Assembly: GCF_964204645.1 (NCBI RefSeq) | Contig: NC_134026.1 | Span: forward strand, 13,452,050 to 13,516,049 | Direction: 5' to 3' | DNA: 64,000 bases | Origin: Tubulanus polymorphus | Lineage: Eukaryota > Animalia > Nemertea | Shown here: one piece after another, positions 41,351 through 53,584 of the stretch | Position numbering within the stretch: position 1 is the first letter of the stretch | Layout of the letters: every line of letters begins with the position of its first letter | Translations under genes and position numbers: made by a program | Notes under the pieces: model-generated | Databases searched by the model: none | What the model was told of the DNA's origin: nothing | Seen by the model: only the letters and a program-made list of their open reading frames with translations

Positions 41351-41661
41351 AGCCGGACGTAGGTCGGCTTTGCGACGGCTTGTGACTCACTGCGACCGCA
41401 AGCGACGATTGTGTCGCAACGACTCATCGACCTACGCTCCCTTGCGACGGGTTGCGACTGTCAGCAACGCCAGTCACAAGGAGTCGCGCGTGTTCTACTT
41501 TCTGCGACGCGACACGACTGTCACAACCGACCTTCGCGCTCTTGCGACTGGCAAATACGTCGCGAACAGTTGCTGACAATCGTATCGCAACCGACTTGCA
41601 CGGAAACTTGCGATGCAACGCAATGATTGCATCGCGTCGCAAGGCCGACCTACGTCCGGCT
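41351..41661. mobile_element. PIF/Harbinger-type (Tourist-like) MITE
   Basis: TIR agccggacgtaggtcggc / gccgacctacgtccggct with TTA on both sides. 3' halves also at about 23023-23210 and 38868-39059. Confidence 0.85.
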
Positions 41662-42581
41662 TTAAGTTACTGCGGAGCCCCAGAAATATCTTTTATTTCT
41701 TTCAAAAGACCTTTCGCTTGAAAACTCTTTCGTCGCAACAAAATTTATTTCGTTTTTTTTATTTTCGTAATATTCTGTTCGATTGAACCAATTTTAAACA
41801 ATCGTTAGAACAAAGTTGAACGAACTTTTTCTGTCCAAACGAAATATTTTTCGTTCGAATAATAGTTCAGAATCGTTTTAATTTGAACAGAATTTTCTTG
41901 TCAGATCATTATTTATTTCGTTTGAACAAGTATATTGTAAAAAGTTTTTTCTCCGAACCAAAAGTATTAAGTATTTCGTTCATTGGAACAGAATTGTTTT
42001 CATTCAAACATTCGTTCGAAAAAAATTGTTTTCGCTCAATAAATTTTTTTGCCGGGACAAAAAGTTTTTCATTTCAACAATAACATAGCTTTTTATTGGA
42101 ACACATTTTTTTGTCAGAATGAAGAAAAGTTTTGGTTCAAACAAAAAGTGTATTGTTCGATCAAACTGAATTGTTTTCATTCGAACAGGATTTTCTTGTC
42201 GGCACATTAAGTTTTTTGGTTGAACAGCGTGTTAAGTTCGTTTTGGAAATTTACTCGGTCTGGTATATTTTGGATTACCGGTACTGTGTATGTCATTTTC
42301 CAGGACATTAAACAGAAGACGACTAAGGATACTACCTTGCGTGACTCCACTAGTTAGACTGACTTATTCCAAGATGAGGCGTACCGTTGATTTCGGCTAC
42401 AAGTTTTCGTTCAGAGATAAGTGCTGAGCCATTTGAGCGACCTATCATTAATGATGTTTCCTAATAGCCTAGTAAGTAATGCCTGATGTTGAACCCTATC
42501 AAATGGTTTGTCGAAATCCACCGTTGAACTGGATTCTAAGACTGTGCAGAAAACCCGTTATCGCTGCTTTGCAGCTATATT

Positions 42582-43130
42582 TGTGATTATTTTCTGTTCT
42601 AAAAAATAAATCAATTCGTTTAATCCACATATAATGATTTTCATAATATAGTATATCTATAACACCATTTGAATCGAAATCTTTTGATGGGTATAAAGGT
42701 TCTAATGTATAATGTTCAATTCTATCACCTTTTGTATTTGGTAATTTGATCAAATACATTTATTTTCAGATTATTATCATTTTCTTTTTTTTCTATTTGT
42801 TTAATTTGAACAGGATAATTGTCTATCTTATAATTATTTTCAAATCGTTTATAATTTGATACTCTGCAAATATGATCTGTTACAGGATGTAAGCAACTTA
42901 TAATTGTCCATAGAAAAAATTTATCATCAGAATTTTGTACATTTATAACAGCATTAGTTTTAAATGGTAGTTTAATATAATTTGATTCTGGTATCTGGTT
43001 CTTTATAATATGATAAATTATTTTCATCAATTGGTTTTGATTTAGTTAATTTATTATATCTTATGTTATACACATCTAACGTCATAAATATTATTTCATC
43101 AAATATTAAACCGGATCCTTCAAAATATTT
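42582..43130 (-). pseudogene. Polinton/Maverick-type DNA polymerase B remnant, N-terminal part
   Basis: FEGSG..., SNYIKLP..AVINVQNSDDKFFLWTIISCLHP..RVSNY..YPVQIKQIEK..NLKINVF, ILYYENHYMWIK (ORFs 42725..43030 and 42499..42759), typical of the N-terminal region of Polinton-type polB. Confidence 0.85.
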
Positions 43131-43177
43131 GCTTCCATTTTAATATCAAATTTTTGTATTAAAATTGATTTTATATT

Positions 43178-43521
43178 ATTCGAAATCTATATCATGTTGC
43201 CCTTTTTCATTCTTACCCTTATATATGAAATAGAAATCGAATATAATTCTTCAATATCTTCACTAGATAATCTATGAAATCTGTCTGCTAAGAATGTTCT
43301 GAATTTATTTTTTTCCTTCCAATCCTTCATATTCTAAATGAATTATTAATTTATTACCATATCTATTAGTAGTTGTTTCAATGTTTGTAATTAAATATTT
43401 CTTAAGTAAAGTTAATTCTGTTATTTTTTTAATTTATAATCTACAGATTTGACATTTGTAGTATCTTTAATTCTATTTAAGAATGATATGTTGTTCTCAC
43501 TGTGTACTTGTTTACTCTCCA
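43178..43521 (-). pseudogene. Small AT-rich frameshifted gene upstream of polB (probable accessory gene of the same element)
   Basis: MESKQV...KKITELTLLKKYLITNIETTTNRYGNKLIIHL...FRTFLADRF...YKGKNEKGQHDIDFE* across frameshifts. Same composition as the polB relic. Confidence 0.45.
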
Positions 43522-43974
43522 TTTTAATAACAATTTACATTAGATAATTCTATCATATTCAGCAACAAGAAAATTAATTTTAGAAAATTATTTGACGCCT
43601 GCGAAAAAAATGTATAATTTCTTGGCTAAGCTAATGTGGAATTGCAAATTTGAAATCGAAGTTTTAAGAAATTTGGGGAATGATGAGATTTGGCGATTGG
43701 GTAGATGATACAGCGGGTCTTCGACTCTAGTAGTGGTTTAAATTTTTTATTAAAAATTCTCAATAATTGATCGCGAACTTGCGACCGACTTCATTTACTT
43801 ATGCCTCTAAGCTGGTCTGCAACTTCATTGCCTCCATGGTTGAAGAACGAGCTCTTCTGATGTCTGCTTCATCATGACTTCGAGCATATCGTGTGGCCTA
43901 GCCAGCCGGCCCGGGCCACGGGTTTGGCTGTCACTCGATATCCTAGAGTCTTGAGTCTGGGTGGGTTGAAGTAG

Positions 43975-44136
43975 ACATTGTCATTTAAAATAACATGCTT
44001 ATGTTGTTCTGTATGAATTACCCGTGTGTCATGTATGTTGTATCAATTTATTTTAAAATTTGGTATTTATTGAATTTGGGAATTTTATCCCGAAATTTCA
44101 ATGTAATAAGGATCAATAAAAAATTGAATTGAATTG
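43975..44136 (+). mobile_element. Probable LINE 3' tail
   Basis: T-rich UTR-like stretch ending aataaaaaattgaattgaattg. Confidence 0.45.
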
Positions 44137-44759
44137 TCACCTAATACACATGCCATCAGAGGACGCGGAGCCGTATATGATAGCTATGCTATTATAAATT
44201 GCTAATCTCACGAAACCTGCATACTCCTAATATCAAACATATTTTCTAAAACGTTTGAATATTGAAATCATATGTTTACACATTTTCATATTGACCGCTT
44301 GTAGCCGCTGATGAAATTCACGCCGGCCCTACACACATCGTAGATAGCTTCGTCATTCCACCGGCATGCCCACGTCAGGGTCTGACTTTTATATCAGACT
44401 TCCAAATCGTGTATACATCCGCCATTTAACCGAATAATCCGATTTACTTATCATTTCTATTTATGCCTGCCGCTTCTGATATAATCATACATCCTTTACT
44501 ATTACAATACGTCTTCTAATGATATTCAATGCAATATAATATTTCGACGTTCAAATATAGGTCATTATATAATCACAGGAAACCATTCTACATCTATGTC
44601 AATAACATTTTGCCAGATAGCTTGTTTGTGTACACATAGACCTGTGTCGTTTTGCACATCGATTTACGGCTGTCGTTTGTAAAATGACGCTGAATGGTTA
44701 ACATTGTTTAGGTTTCATAATGGAAACGTTTTATAAGGCGTCAAAAAAAACATGATCTT

Positions 44760-44975
44760 CACTTACCCAAGACGTCAAAATGGCGTGTTTCCCTTGTGCA
44801 ATATCTAGTTCAGCTAAACTGGTTGTTTGGGGAATACCGCAGCTGCTGAGGGTATTCCCTTAACAACCAATCAGAGCGCAGCTTTCTAACAATGACGTCA
44901 AAAACGCAATCACGCAGGCGGCGGCCTACCCCACTGAAAAGCAGTGATTAGCTGAAAGAGCCCACGTGATCCCCG
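44760..44975 (-). promoter_or_regulatory. Promoter-like region with a candidate first-exon donor on the minus strand
   Basis: YY1-like aaaatggcg (44777), CCAAT box aaccaatcag (44865), CRE tgacgtca (44893), E-box cacgtg (44963), and minus-strand donor tgg|gtaagt at 44766. Confidence 0.45.
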
Positions 44976-45281
44976 CGAATGAAAGTATTCATTTTCCGGA
45001 TGGAACATATATTCGCGAAAAAATACCGAACTTTGACTGCTAATTTCTGCGTAACTGAAACGTTTCACAGTTTCATCTTCTCACCGTTTTATCTTTGTTT
45101 GGTAACGTTTTAAATGGCACTAATCGAATAACGAAAGTGTTCAAATTCGGTGAACGAAGTGAAAATACGGTACAAAAGACGAGTTTACATGCGCGACATT
45201 TTGTGAGCAAGTTATTTCCGGCAAGGTCTCCAGACCCATTATGAAGACTTCTTCGACATAGTTGAAAATGATTCCTGTCGT

Positions 45282-46398
45282 TGTGGTTTTGGGGTGAGAT
45301 TGCCTCCTGCTTCTGATTTGAAGCTAGATTTAGGAAGAGCGTAACTTGGTTATATTTATAGGACGAAACAGCAGCGTGTTGGTTGTAACAAGTCTGTGTT
45401 TTCGTCTCTTTAGGCACCGTATAAGCCGCTTAAGGCATCGGGTATTTCGAATGTGCTAAAGGAAGTGTTATGAAGACGTTTAGGATATAATATTATTTGG
45501 CTTTCATGAATTATAACAATAAAGCTTTCGGGAACATAGTAGTAGGGTTCAGTTATCAGCGTTTAAACAATCTCAACAAGTAATGCATGGAAGCTGGTGT
45601 TCATGGCCAGTATGCAGTATCAGACAACCTGCGTGGATATATACGTGCGTGAACATAAATAGAAAGTATATTAATAAACAAGTGTGGAAGTGACGTATGT
45701 TTCTACGTAGGTAAACCAAATATGGTACGGCCATGGACTCCGTTTAGTGAAAAAGTATATTTTTAGAAACTTGTGACGTGTGCAGACACGTCATCGCCCA
45801 TATATGGATGGGAGGAATGTTGTGACGTATCAATACGTCACAAGCCATGAATTCCAAGCCATATGTGGAAGAGGACCTGCGCACGTTACACAAGAGAAAT
45901 TAATATAAATAGGGAGGTTTTTGTAAGCACGAATAGAGAGCGCTACGGGGAATGATCTGTTTACATCTAGTAAGAATAAACGAAAGATAACTTTATCAAT
46001 TGTTAGGTTATTTCTGGAGCAGTGTAGAGTCAATACCAAGGACGGAGAACTGATCTGAGAGAGTGTCCTCGCAACATCATCTAGAAGAATTATTACCACG
46101 ACGCTAGTAGGACAGTAGGATTCAGCACTGAAAGATATACCAACCACAACATAGGTGGAGTTCAACACCCACAACACTGGTGAAGAAACCAATACCACAA
46201 CAGAAGCACTATCAAGGCATTTTTCAAGGTATTAAAATAACACTGTTTCTTTTAATTATATTCATTGTCATTCAAATTTATGACGTAGGTTTTGGACCGA
46301 AGGTCTTTAAACCTGTTTTCTGAACACAAATCCTGGGTGCACTTCGGTTTTCGTAGCAAGTCGACTAGCGGGCGGAGCTAATAACCGAACGCACCACA
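45282..46398 (+). mobile_element. Probable solo LTR
   Basis: TGTGGT...ACCACA inverted termini, TATAAAT at 45904, ATTAAA at 46231. TSD not convincing. Confidence 0.55.
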
Positions 46399-47508
46399 GT
46401 TTGATCGTGACGCATTTCACATTGTCGACCATCTTGGAACTGGACCGGAACTACAGCAACTGTGGTCAATCCAGCGGTGGAAAAATCAACATTCGGTTTC
46501 ATTTCATTTAGTTCGACTATAGTCGTCTAAGAAGCCGTGGATTTTTTGGACTCTTGTGGAAAGGGGGGGAGGGTCCTGTGATATGGACATCGTTCACTAG
46601 TTAGGGACATCTTTTGTGGATAAAAGTATACGTAAAATCACCTATGTCTAGTTACCAGAACTCCAACGCTCGCAACATCAATTAACCAAAAAAGAAAAAA
46701 CATCTTCAAACTTTTTAATTTCAACAACTAGTTTATTTTTTACCTAAGATTTAATTCATAACTAAACATAGGATCAAAACTCAGTCATAGAACATATTTA
46801 AAATCTAAACCACTGCATAATTCGAACAATTAAAAACTCCATCGTTAAAGCGAATACATCTCAAATATTTCAATCGTTTTAACTGATCTAAATGCCGCCT
46901 CATCAGGTATATTATATACATTGTACAAGCCAAAGGCGACAACGGTTCTCGGGCTCAGCCTCAGGCTTAAACGTGAACTCCGAAATTATTATGCGTTGGT
47001 TCTCATAGCATTATCTTGGATATGTTGTACCTAGGGCCAATGGCTAAAACTTGTCAAGACAAATTTCGCTTCAAAACTAGTTTTGATGCCTAATTCAGCC
47101 GCTAGGTAGTGCACTTAGCCCATTATTTGCACTGCACTACTAGACACCCATACTAAACTTGTACATCAAGAACGACCCACTATTAATGAACCTTAGTAGC
47201 TGAAAGAAGAGAGAGACTTACACAGACACAAAGACTGGAAGCCCGAGAATAAAAATAGAATTTGTTCAGAAGGGCAAATAGGCCAAACCCACAGTTCCAA
47301 CAGTATATTCAAATATACTGGAAATATGTTCGCCGTTAAGGCTTTGTTTAGTTGTTTTTGCTGTGGTTCTACAAATCATCCCACTCTCTACTGAAAGTCT
47401 ATGGTTGCTACTAAATTACCGCCTGCAAGACGTGCTAAAATTCCACATGTAATTAGTGGCGTCGCAACTGCATATACATTTGTCATGAACATCAACGTAA
47501 AATAAAAC

Positions 47509-48086
47509 GGTGAACGGAAAAAATGGCCAAGGAAGAAAAGGCCAAGGAAGAGTGAAAGGAAAACTGACTGTCATTTTATTAACTAACACGAAATTTGATG
47601 CATTGATGTTTTCCGATGTTTTGGCATGTCACTTTTTGACATTATTAGACCAATTCCTGAATTAGACCCTGCACTTGTTTGCTATATAAATTACCACACA
47701 ATTTCAACGCATTTACCTTTGATGATTTAAGAACATCTGTGCCCTAATAGTTTACATAGATGTTTTGAAATAATAATTTAGTTAATTTATTTAGTTTAAG
47801 TTTATCACTATCAAGTTTATTCATTGACCACTTGCATGATAGTTCTTGATATATTCATCATATGTAATGACATGAAATGTAAGTTCATCACATTTCTGAA
47901 CTAGTTAATACCGATTTTGATTGTTTTAAACCCCATGAAAAATATATGATGTCATTAAATTGAAAGCTTAATTTTTTAATAACATTGGCAAGTTTTAATA
48001 AATTTTCCTTGGCCATTTTTTCCTATGCAAATACCTTGGCCATTTTTTCCTGGCCATTTTTTCCTTGGGTAATTTTTCCTACATTC
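47509..48086. mobile_element. MULE-like MITE with subterminal repeats
   Basis: ggaaaaaatggccaagg repeats on the left, inverted ttggccattttttcc on the right. 9-bp flanks aaataaaac / aaataagac. Confidence 0.65.
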
Positions 48087-48420
48087 AAATAAGACAGTGT
48101 ATATCATAGCCTGGTTACACATAGCCTAGTTACACAATGGAAAGTGATAATCTCATACATAAATGTACACTGTATTGCAGGTGTTCATACCGCAAACTCA
48201 AAAATGCATTACAGTACACAGTAATCAATGACAAGGGGCACCACTGAATCATATTTACCCAACAGAAAACTATAATCTACTTCCATATTTTTCTACTAGT
48301 CATGCTTTAGGCATATGACAACACTTCTTTCATTTTTTCATTAAGAACATGTACCAAATTTTCCCTTGCGATGTAATACAGTTCATTGGATTTCTGAGTA
48401 GTATCGTTCTTCGAAAGCAC

Positions 48421-48575
48421 CAAACACTTATGATAACAAAAAAACCCACAATCATTTTAGTTTGTCTGATGATGGGGTTTAGAAGTAACCCCCGAACCTG
48501 TTAGAAAATAAACTTTTCTACATATTGTGAGTTTTTATTTGTTATATCAATTCACTACAGTCAAACACTTATGAT
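48421..48575 (+). mobile_element. Mini Penelope-type pLTR insertion with a degenerate hammerhead ribozyme
   Basis: CTGATGA (48466), stem ggggtt/aacccc, GAA, AATAAA. Flanked by the direct repeat caaacacttatgat (48421 and 48562). Confidence 0.65.
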
Positions 48576-49534
48576 TTACTGGTTAATTTATTGTATTGTA
48601 CAGTACAATGACTAGATATAAATTTTCAAGCTCAGTCATCTCCAGGGTGGAAGTCATTCATGCCTGGCACCTTAGGCACGTGAACACTGGCTGATTGTTT
48701 ACCAAGTAGCTGACTAGACGAATTGCCAAAATATGTTTAAGCCACCTAACCCCTTTGCCCAACAATATCAAAAAATGTCTGCCTGATGGTTATCGGATCC
48801 CTTTTGTAGTAAATAGCTTATCATTTCACCCAAACGAGTCAGACAGAATCATTGTAATAAAACTAGTGGAATATTTCTTTCTCGGAGCGATATCGAGGAC
48901 CTAACTAATCACAGTTACCTGGAACATGATGCAAATTGCTTTAATCATCGGTATACTAAAAGAGCCCAAGAATTAAGTTCCCACAGAAACATTGAAATAA
49001 ATACATTGATGGTGGTAAAATAATCACACCTATAAAAGGAATATGACAGATTTCAAAATTGGACGCCGAAATGAAATTTGCATGACTAGGTTTAGGGGGT
49101 CTTAGGTTTAGTGACGCACAAATCTGTACCAGTACCGAGAACTAATCAATCTACATGTATAAGATTCCAAGTAAGCGCGTGTGTGTGGAGAGTTTGTCAA
49201 TCACTTGAGAAATACAAACAACAAAACTTGAAGTCATTGAAATTAATTTTTGGTCGCAACTCATTCATTTTAGGGGCCGTTTTATCAAGGATGTATAGAC
49301 TTTCAAGGCTAATTGGCAGAATTGCAAAACCAGACAATGATAACACACGACGTCATGGTCAAGTCATGAACCCCAATGGACCATAGGTGTAACACCGAAA
49401 CTGTTGGGACTAAAAACTAAAAACTTTACTTGATACTAGTAATAAAACGTTCCATTATCAATGGCTTCAGACTTCAATGCCTTTTTCTCGGATTCATCCC
49501 ATGTTTTATTGCACACAATAGAAACATCATTGTA

Positions 49535-49605
49535 CTCTACCCGGATTAGAACTCAACACCTAGTGTCTATGTTTCGAGTGCTCTAACCATTACACTATCG
49601 CAGAG
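49535..49605 (-). mobile_element. tRNA-derived SINE-like head
   Basis: Minus strand ctctgcga-TAGTGTAATGGTTAG (A box)...GAGTTCTAATCC (B-box-like)-gggtagag, with a residual acceptor stem. Confidence 0.65.
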
Positions 49606-49859
49606 TTGAAAACGAATTATTGTACTTGAAAGGCGCGGAAGTTCTACCTGCTTACTGACAGTCACCACAGTGTACACCATACTTTAGTGATAGACATAAC
49701 TACTGTTGAGACTTTTACCGATTTTAGGGTACGTCATACATCTAAAAATACTAATCTATTTCACCATGAAATATCATGACATCAGACTGATATACTTTTC
49801 ATAACATTTATAAGAACGAGCATTGCCGAATAGTTGTCTGAGAGAGGATAATTCTTAAA

Positions 49860-50180
49860 GCTACGATTTTGTAATCGATTGTGATAACAAAATATGTCTC
49901 GTTACCAATTAAATAAGGAAATACTACGTTATTCTACTATTCAACGCCCCCTGGTGACCATATAAGATCACTTATGTCCTTAAAACTCACCACAGTCTTA
50001 GACGATGTCATGAGCTACAACTGTGTAATTGATTGTGGTAACAAAATATGCATAGTTACAAATATAATATAGAAATACTAAGTTATTGTATTATTCAACG
50101 CCCCCTGGTGGCAATATACAAATGCCAATGACCTTGAAACTCACGAAAATCACGTTATGAACTACAACTTTCCAATTGAT
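49860..50180 (-). mobile_element. Fragment of HINE family B internal repeats
   Basis: Reverse complement of the 155-bp unit (attcaacgccccctggtg). Confidence 0.8.
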
Positions 50181-51019
50181 TGAGTTCTATGCCTGAATGA
50201 ATGAAGTTCATGTGCCGTGGTAGTTTAAATCATGGCAAAGACCACATGATAACATTAGAATGCAATTGAAATTGCTCTGAAAAATCCTCGAAACTTCCCC
50301 CCCTTGGACTTCATGCCTGATGTGTTCGTCTTGGCATGGATACATGCTTGTACCAATTTTTTCCCCAATAAAGAGTGACGGACATTTTTTCAGCCAGCTC
50401 ACGGAAATCCTGCGTTCCACATTATATCTTTTACTGTACTACGTCTAGCACCGAACAGGTTATTTTTCATCATGTAAATCTGAGTTGGCCAGTGTTTGAA
50501 GCACGCAGCCGGTTGTATGTGTGTATATACAGCACTGCTGTCTCTATAGCCTACTACTTGTACTAAATCGGGGTATTCCCCGGAGTACAGCATCTTTGAA
50601 TGGCATAGTTAGCGTAGATAAATGTGATACCGGCTAGCATTACTGATAATTTTGATGAAGAAAATCCCTCGCTCGGTGCTTTCAGGAAATAAAATCAGGG
50701 CTGGTGACGAATCCGCCCTGCAGAGACAATAATCTACCGATCCTCTCCCAGTCACTGTAAACCACGAACCGCGCAGTTTCTATGAACTACTTTCGAATGT
50801 ATCAGTGCGAGAGCACCTGTGACGATAGAAATGGGGATAACACTTCATTGACAGGTAAAACCGATATAAAGAATTCACTGACAGGTATAGGGGCCTTCAT
50901 GCGCCTCAAAACTTTCCATAATTCATCACGATTTTGGGAACCTGAATAAAACAGGCTATCAGATGTGTTACATGTATCATAACAACTCTGATGCACCTCG
51001 GTCATAATTACTGGAAACG

Positions 51020-51100
51020 ATTTTGCTCCATACTTTGCATGCATATGTAAGGATTGGTTCGACCATACCATCAGAGTTGTAAACCTATATATGTTTTCTA
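51020..51100 (-). pseudogene. Short LINE RT C-terminal fragment
   Basis: Minus strand DGMVEPILTYACKVWS resembles the LFD.MV.PIL.Y.CEVW motif after LINE RT domains. Confidence 0.45.
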
Positions 51101-52211
51101 AAGAGACACGTACATTCTGAATCAAAACAAATTCCTTTGACACTTAGGTAGATAAGTTAGTCTACATATGAATTGTCCAGTAAAAATCCAATACATAGAT
51201 GGAGCATGGGTTTTTATTTGAAATAAATCCCAAACTTGTGATGTGAACCAATTTTTTTAGGGCCATCATAGAAATCTGTATGAATTTCATAATCTTAAAA
51301 AATGATCAAAACAAAAAGTTATGAGATAGTATGAATACAATCCATCTATGATTCTTTTCGGATTTCAGTGTAAGGTTTTTATTTCAGATTGAAAAACATT
51401 AATGAAGTGATTCCGGTAGAACCTTAGGGTTCTTCATATTCAATATATCTAATATTGATCAAGGAATCTAATTCAGAATAAGGTTTTAACCAAGTTACCA
51501 TGAAAACCATGTTTATAAATGAAATAGCCATATCTCCTTGGTTTATGTAATTAAGACAATAAAAATATAATGCTCTTCCACAATGAATTGATGGTAGAGG
51601 GACATGATATATTATATCAAGGAAAAGGCATTGGGCTAAGAATGGATGTAGGTATTTGAATATGCACACTGAATATTCATAGTAAAATATGAATCATTTA
51701 CTAGATATGAATCATTTACCATGTACAATTATAAATTAATTATCATTTTCACAATTACATGACCAACTAACTTTACAATACATAACAGTATTAGTGAAAA
51801 GATCTTCATCAAACATCTAATCAAGGTTGATATTTTAGAATATCGAAAAAGTTCTCACAACTCCACATTTGTACGTTTCAAATCTTTTACTACAATGAAA
51901 AAAGATCTTACTTAAATTGACATTCATCAGCATCATGGGTATAAACACTGTAATAGGTAGTTGGACTAAAAGATATTAACTACAGGAGAGGCTTACACAA
52001 TTGCTGGGACTGTACAATCAAAGTGGAAGGGATAATAATTACGGGATCATAAACCACTAAAAGGACATCATATTTAGAGCTGATGAATTTATAACTTAAA
52101 TGATTCCCAATTGAATTAGCAAACACCGTATCAATATATTGTCACTATCATGGAGTAAAACTCAAGTAAACTGTAGCACTCAGAAGCTTGCATAACACGA
52201 ACTTAAAAAAT

Positions 52212-53530
52212 AACAAGGCAATTCGATACTACGTATCTATGTCCCCCGCGATAGCCAGTAGGGAATGAATGACCTCCGAAGACACTAATCTTTGGAATAG
52301 AAAAATGATGAGTGTATCCAGGGATAACCATACTATGAAATATCATTTTCCTGCTATGAATGGTTATTTAAGAATTGAGTTTACAAGGTTTTAGGCAAAA
52401 GACGTCTACCAATCTTGACCTTTGACCCTAGAACTCCAAAATCACTAATGCACATCCTCTCCCCAGGGGTAATCATACTATGAAATAGCATTGTTCTGTT
52501 ATCAATGGTTCTTCTTGGATCGTGTTTACAAGGTTTCATATGAATGATATCTAGTGACCTTGACTTTTTTCCCCAAAATCAATAGGCCACATCCTCTCCC
52601 TAGGGGTAATCATGCGATGTAATATCATTGTATTGCTATCAACAGTTCTTTCTGAATCACATTCACGACACAAGGTTTCACATCAATGACCTGAAGTGAC
52701 CTTGACCTTTGATCCTCTCACCTTTGGGCACATCCTCTCCCTAGGGGTAATTATACTACGTAATATCATGGTCCTGCTATCAATGGTTCTTCTTGAATGA
52801 CATTCACTAGGTTTCAAATGAATGACCTGTAGTGACCTTGAACTTCGGTACTTGGACCCCAAAATCAATAGGGCACATCCTCTCCCTAGGGCTAATTATA
52901 CTACACAATATCATGGTCCTACTATCGACGGTTCTTCTTGAATCACATTCACAAGGTTTTACATGAATGACCTGTAGTGACCTTGACCTTTGGTCCTTGG
53001 ACCCCAGAATCAATAGGGCACATCTTTTCCCTAGGTGTAATCATAGTTCGTAATATCATGTTCCTGCTATCAACGGTTCTTCTTGAATGACGTTCACAAG
53101 GTTTCACACGAATGACCTGTAGTGACCTTGACCTTTGGTCCTTGGACCCCAAAATCAATAGGGCACATCCTCTCCCTAGGGGTAATCATATTACGTAATA
53201 TCATGGTCCTGCTATCAACGGTTCGTCTTGAATGACGTTCACAAGCTTTCACATGAATGACCTGTAGTGACCTTGACCTTTGGTACTTGGACCCAAAAAT
53301 CATGGTCCTGCTATCAACGGTTCTTCTTGAATCACGTTCACAAGGTTTTACATGAATGACCTGTAGTGACCTTGACCTTTGGTCCTTGGACCCCAAAATC
53401 AATAGGGCACATCCTCTCCATAGGGGTAATCATACTGTGAATAGTCCTGCGATCAACGGTTCTCCTTGAATCGATTTCACAAGCTCATGCGGACGGACGG
53501 ACGGACGGAGGCGGATACCAAGTCCCCCCG
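52212..53530 (-). mobile_element. HINE-like element family C with about 145-bp tandem repeats
   Basis: About 8 units containing gtgaccttgaccttt...ccccaaaatcaataggg; (GGAC)n at about 53490; AACAAG terminus. Confidence 0.8.
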
Positions 53531-53584
53531 GACTCATTCATCTTAGTTGTCCGGACTCATTCAACTTAGGTAAAATTCATTTAA

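Larger units (their letters stand above)
12139..42581 (+). mobile_element. About 30-kb nested/tandem block of a non-autonomous Helentron-type (HINE/DINE-like) element, family A
   Basis: Three 5' heads (attagggttttctg...cagaaaaccct plus (ATT)n) at 12141, 12198 and 12252. Repeated bodies start ttccacac at 12321, 15628, 34988 and 40007. 3' ends cagaaaacccgttatc plus hairpin gctgctttgcagc at about 15616, 24075, 34967, 39990 and 42575. Inserted in a T-run with no TSD. Confidence 0.8.

Noticed and set aside
12139-42581. Autonomous Helitron/Helentron Rep-helicase gene inside the block
   Set aside because: No HUH or PIF1 helicase motifs found; all copies appear non-autonomous.
49535-49605. Functional tRNA gene
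   Set aside because: T-loop (TTCTAAT) and anticodon arm are degenerate; better read as a SINE-like head.
50190-51000. Coding-looking GC-richer segment, including a weak DGHFFS OTU-like word
   Set aside because: Stops in all frames and no second motif; cannot be assigned without a search.
52683-53402. Repeated ORFs MILGSKDQRSRSLQ
   Set aside because: Products of the 145-bp tandem repeat in HINE family C.
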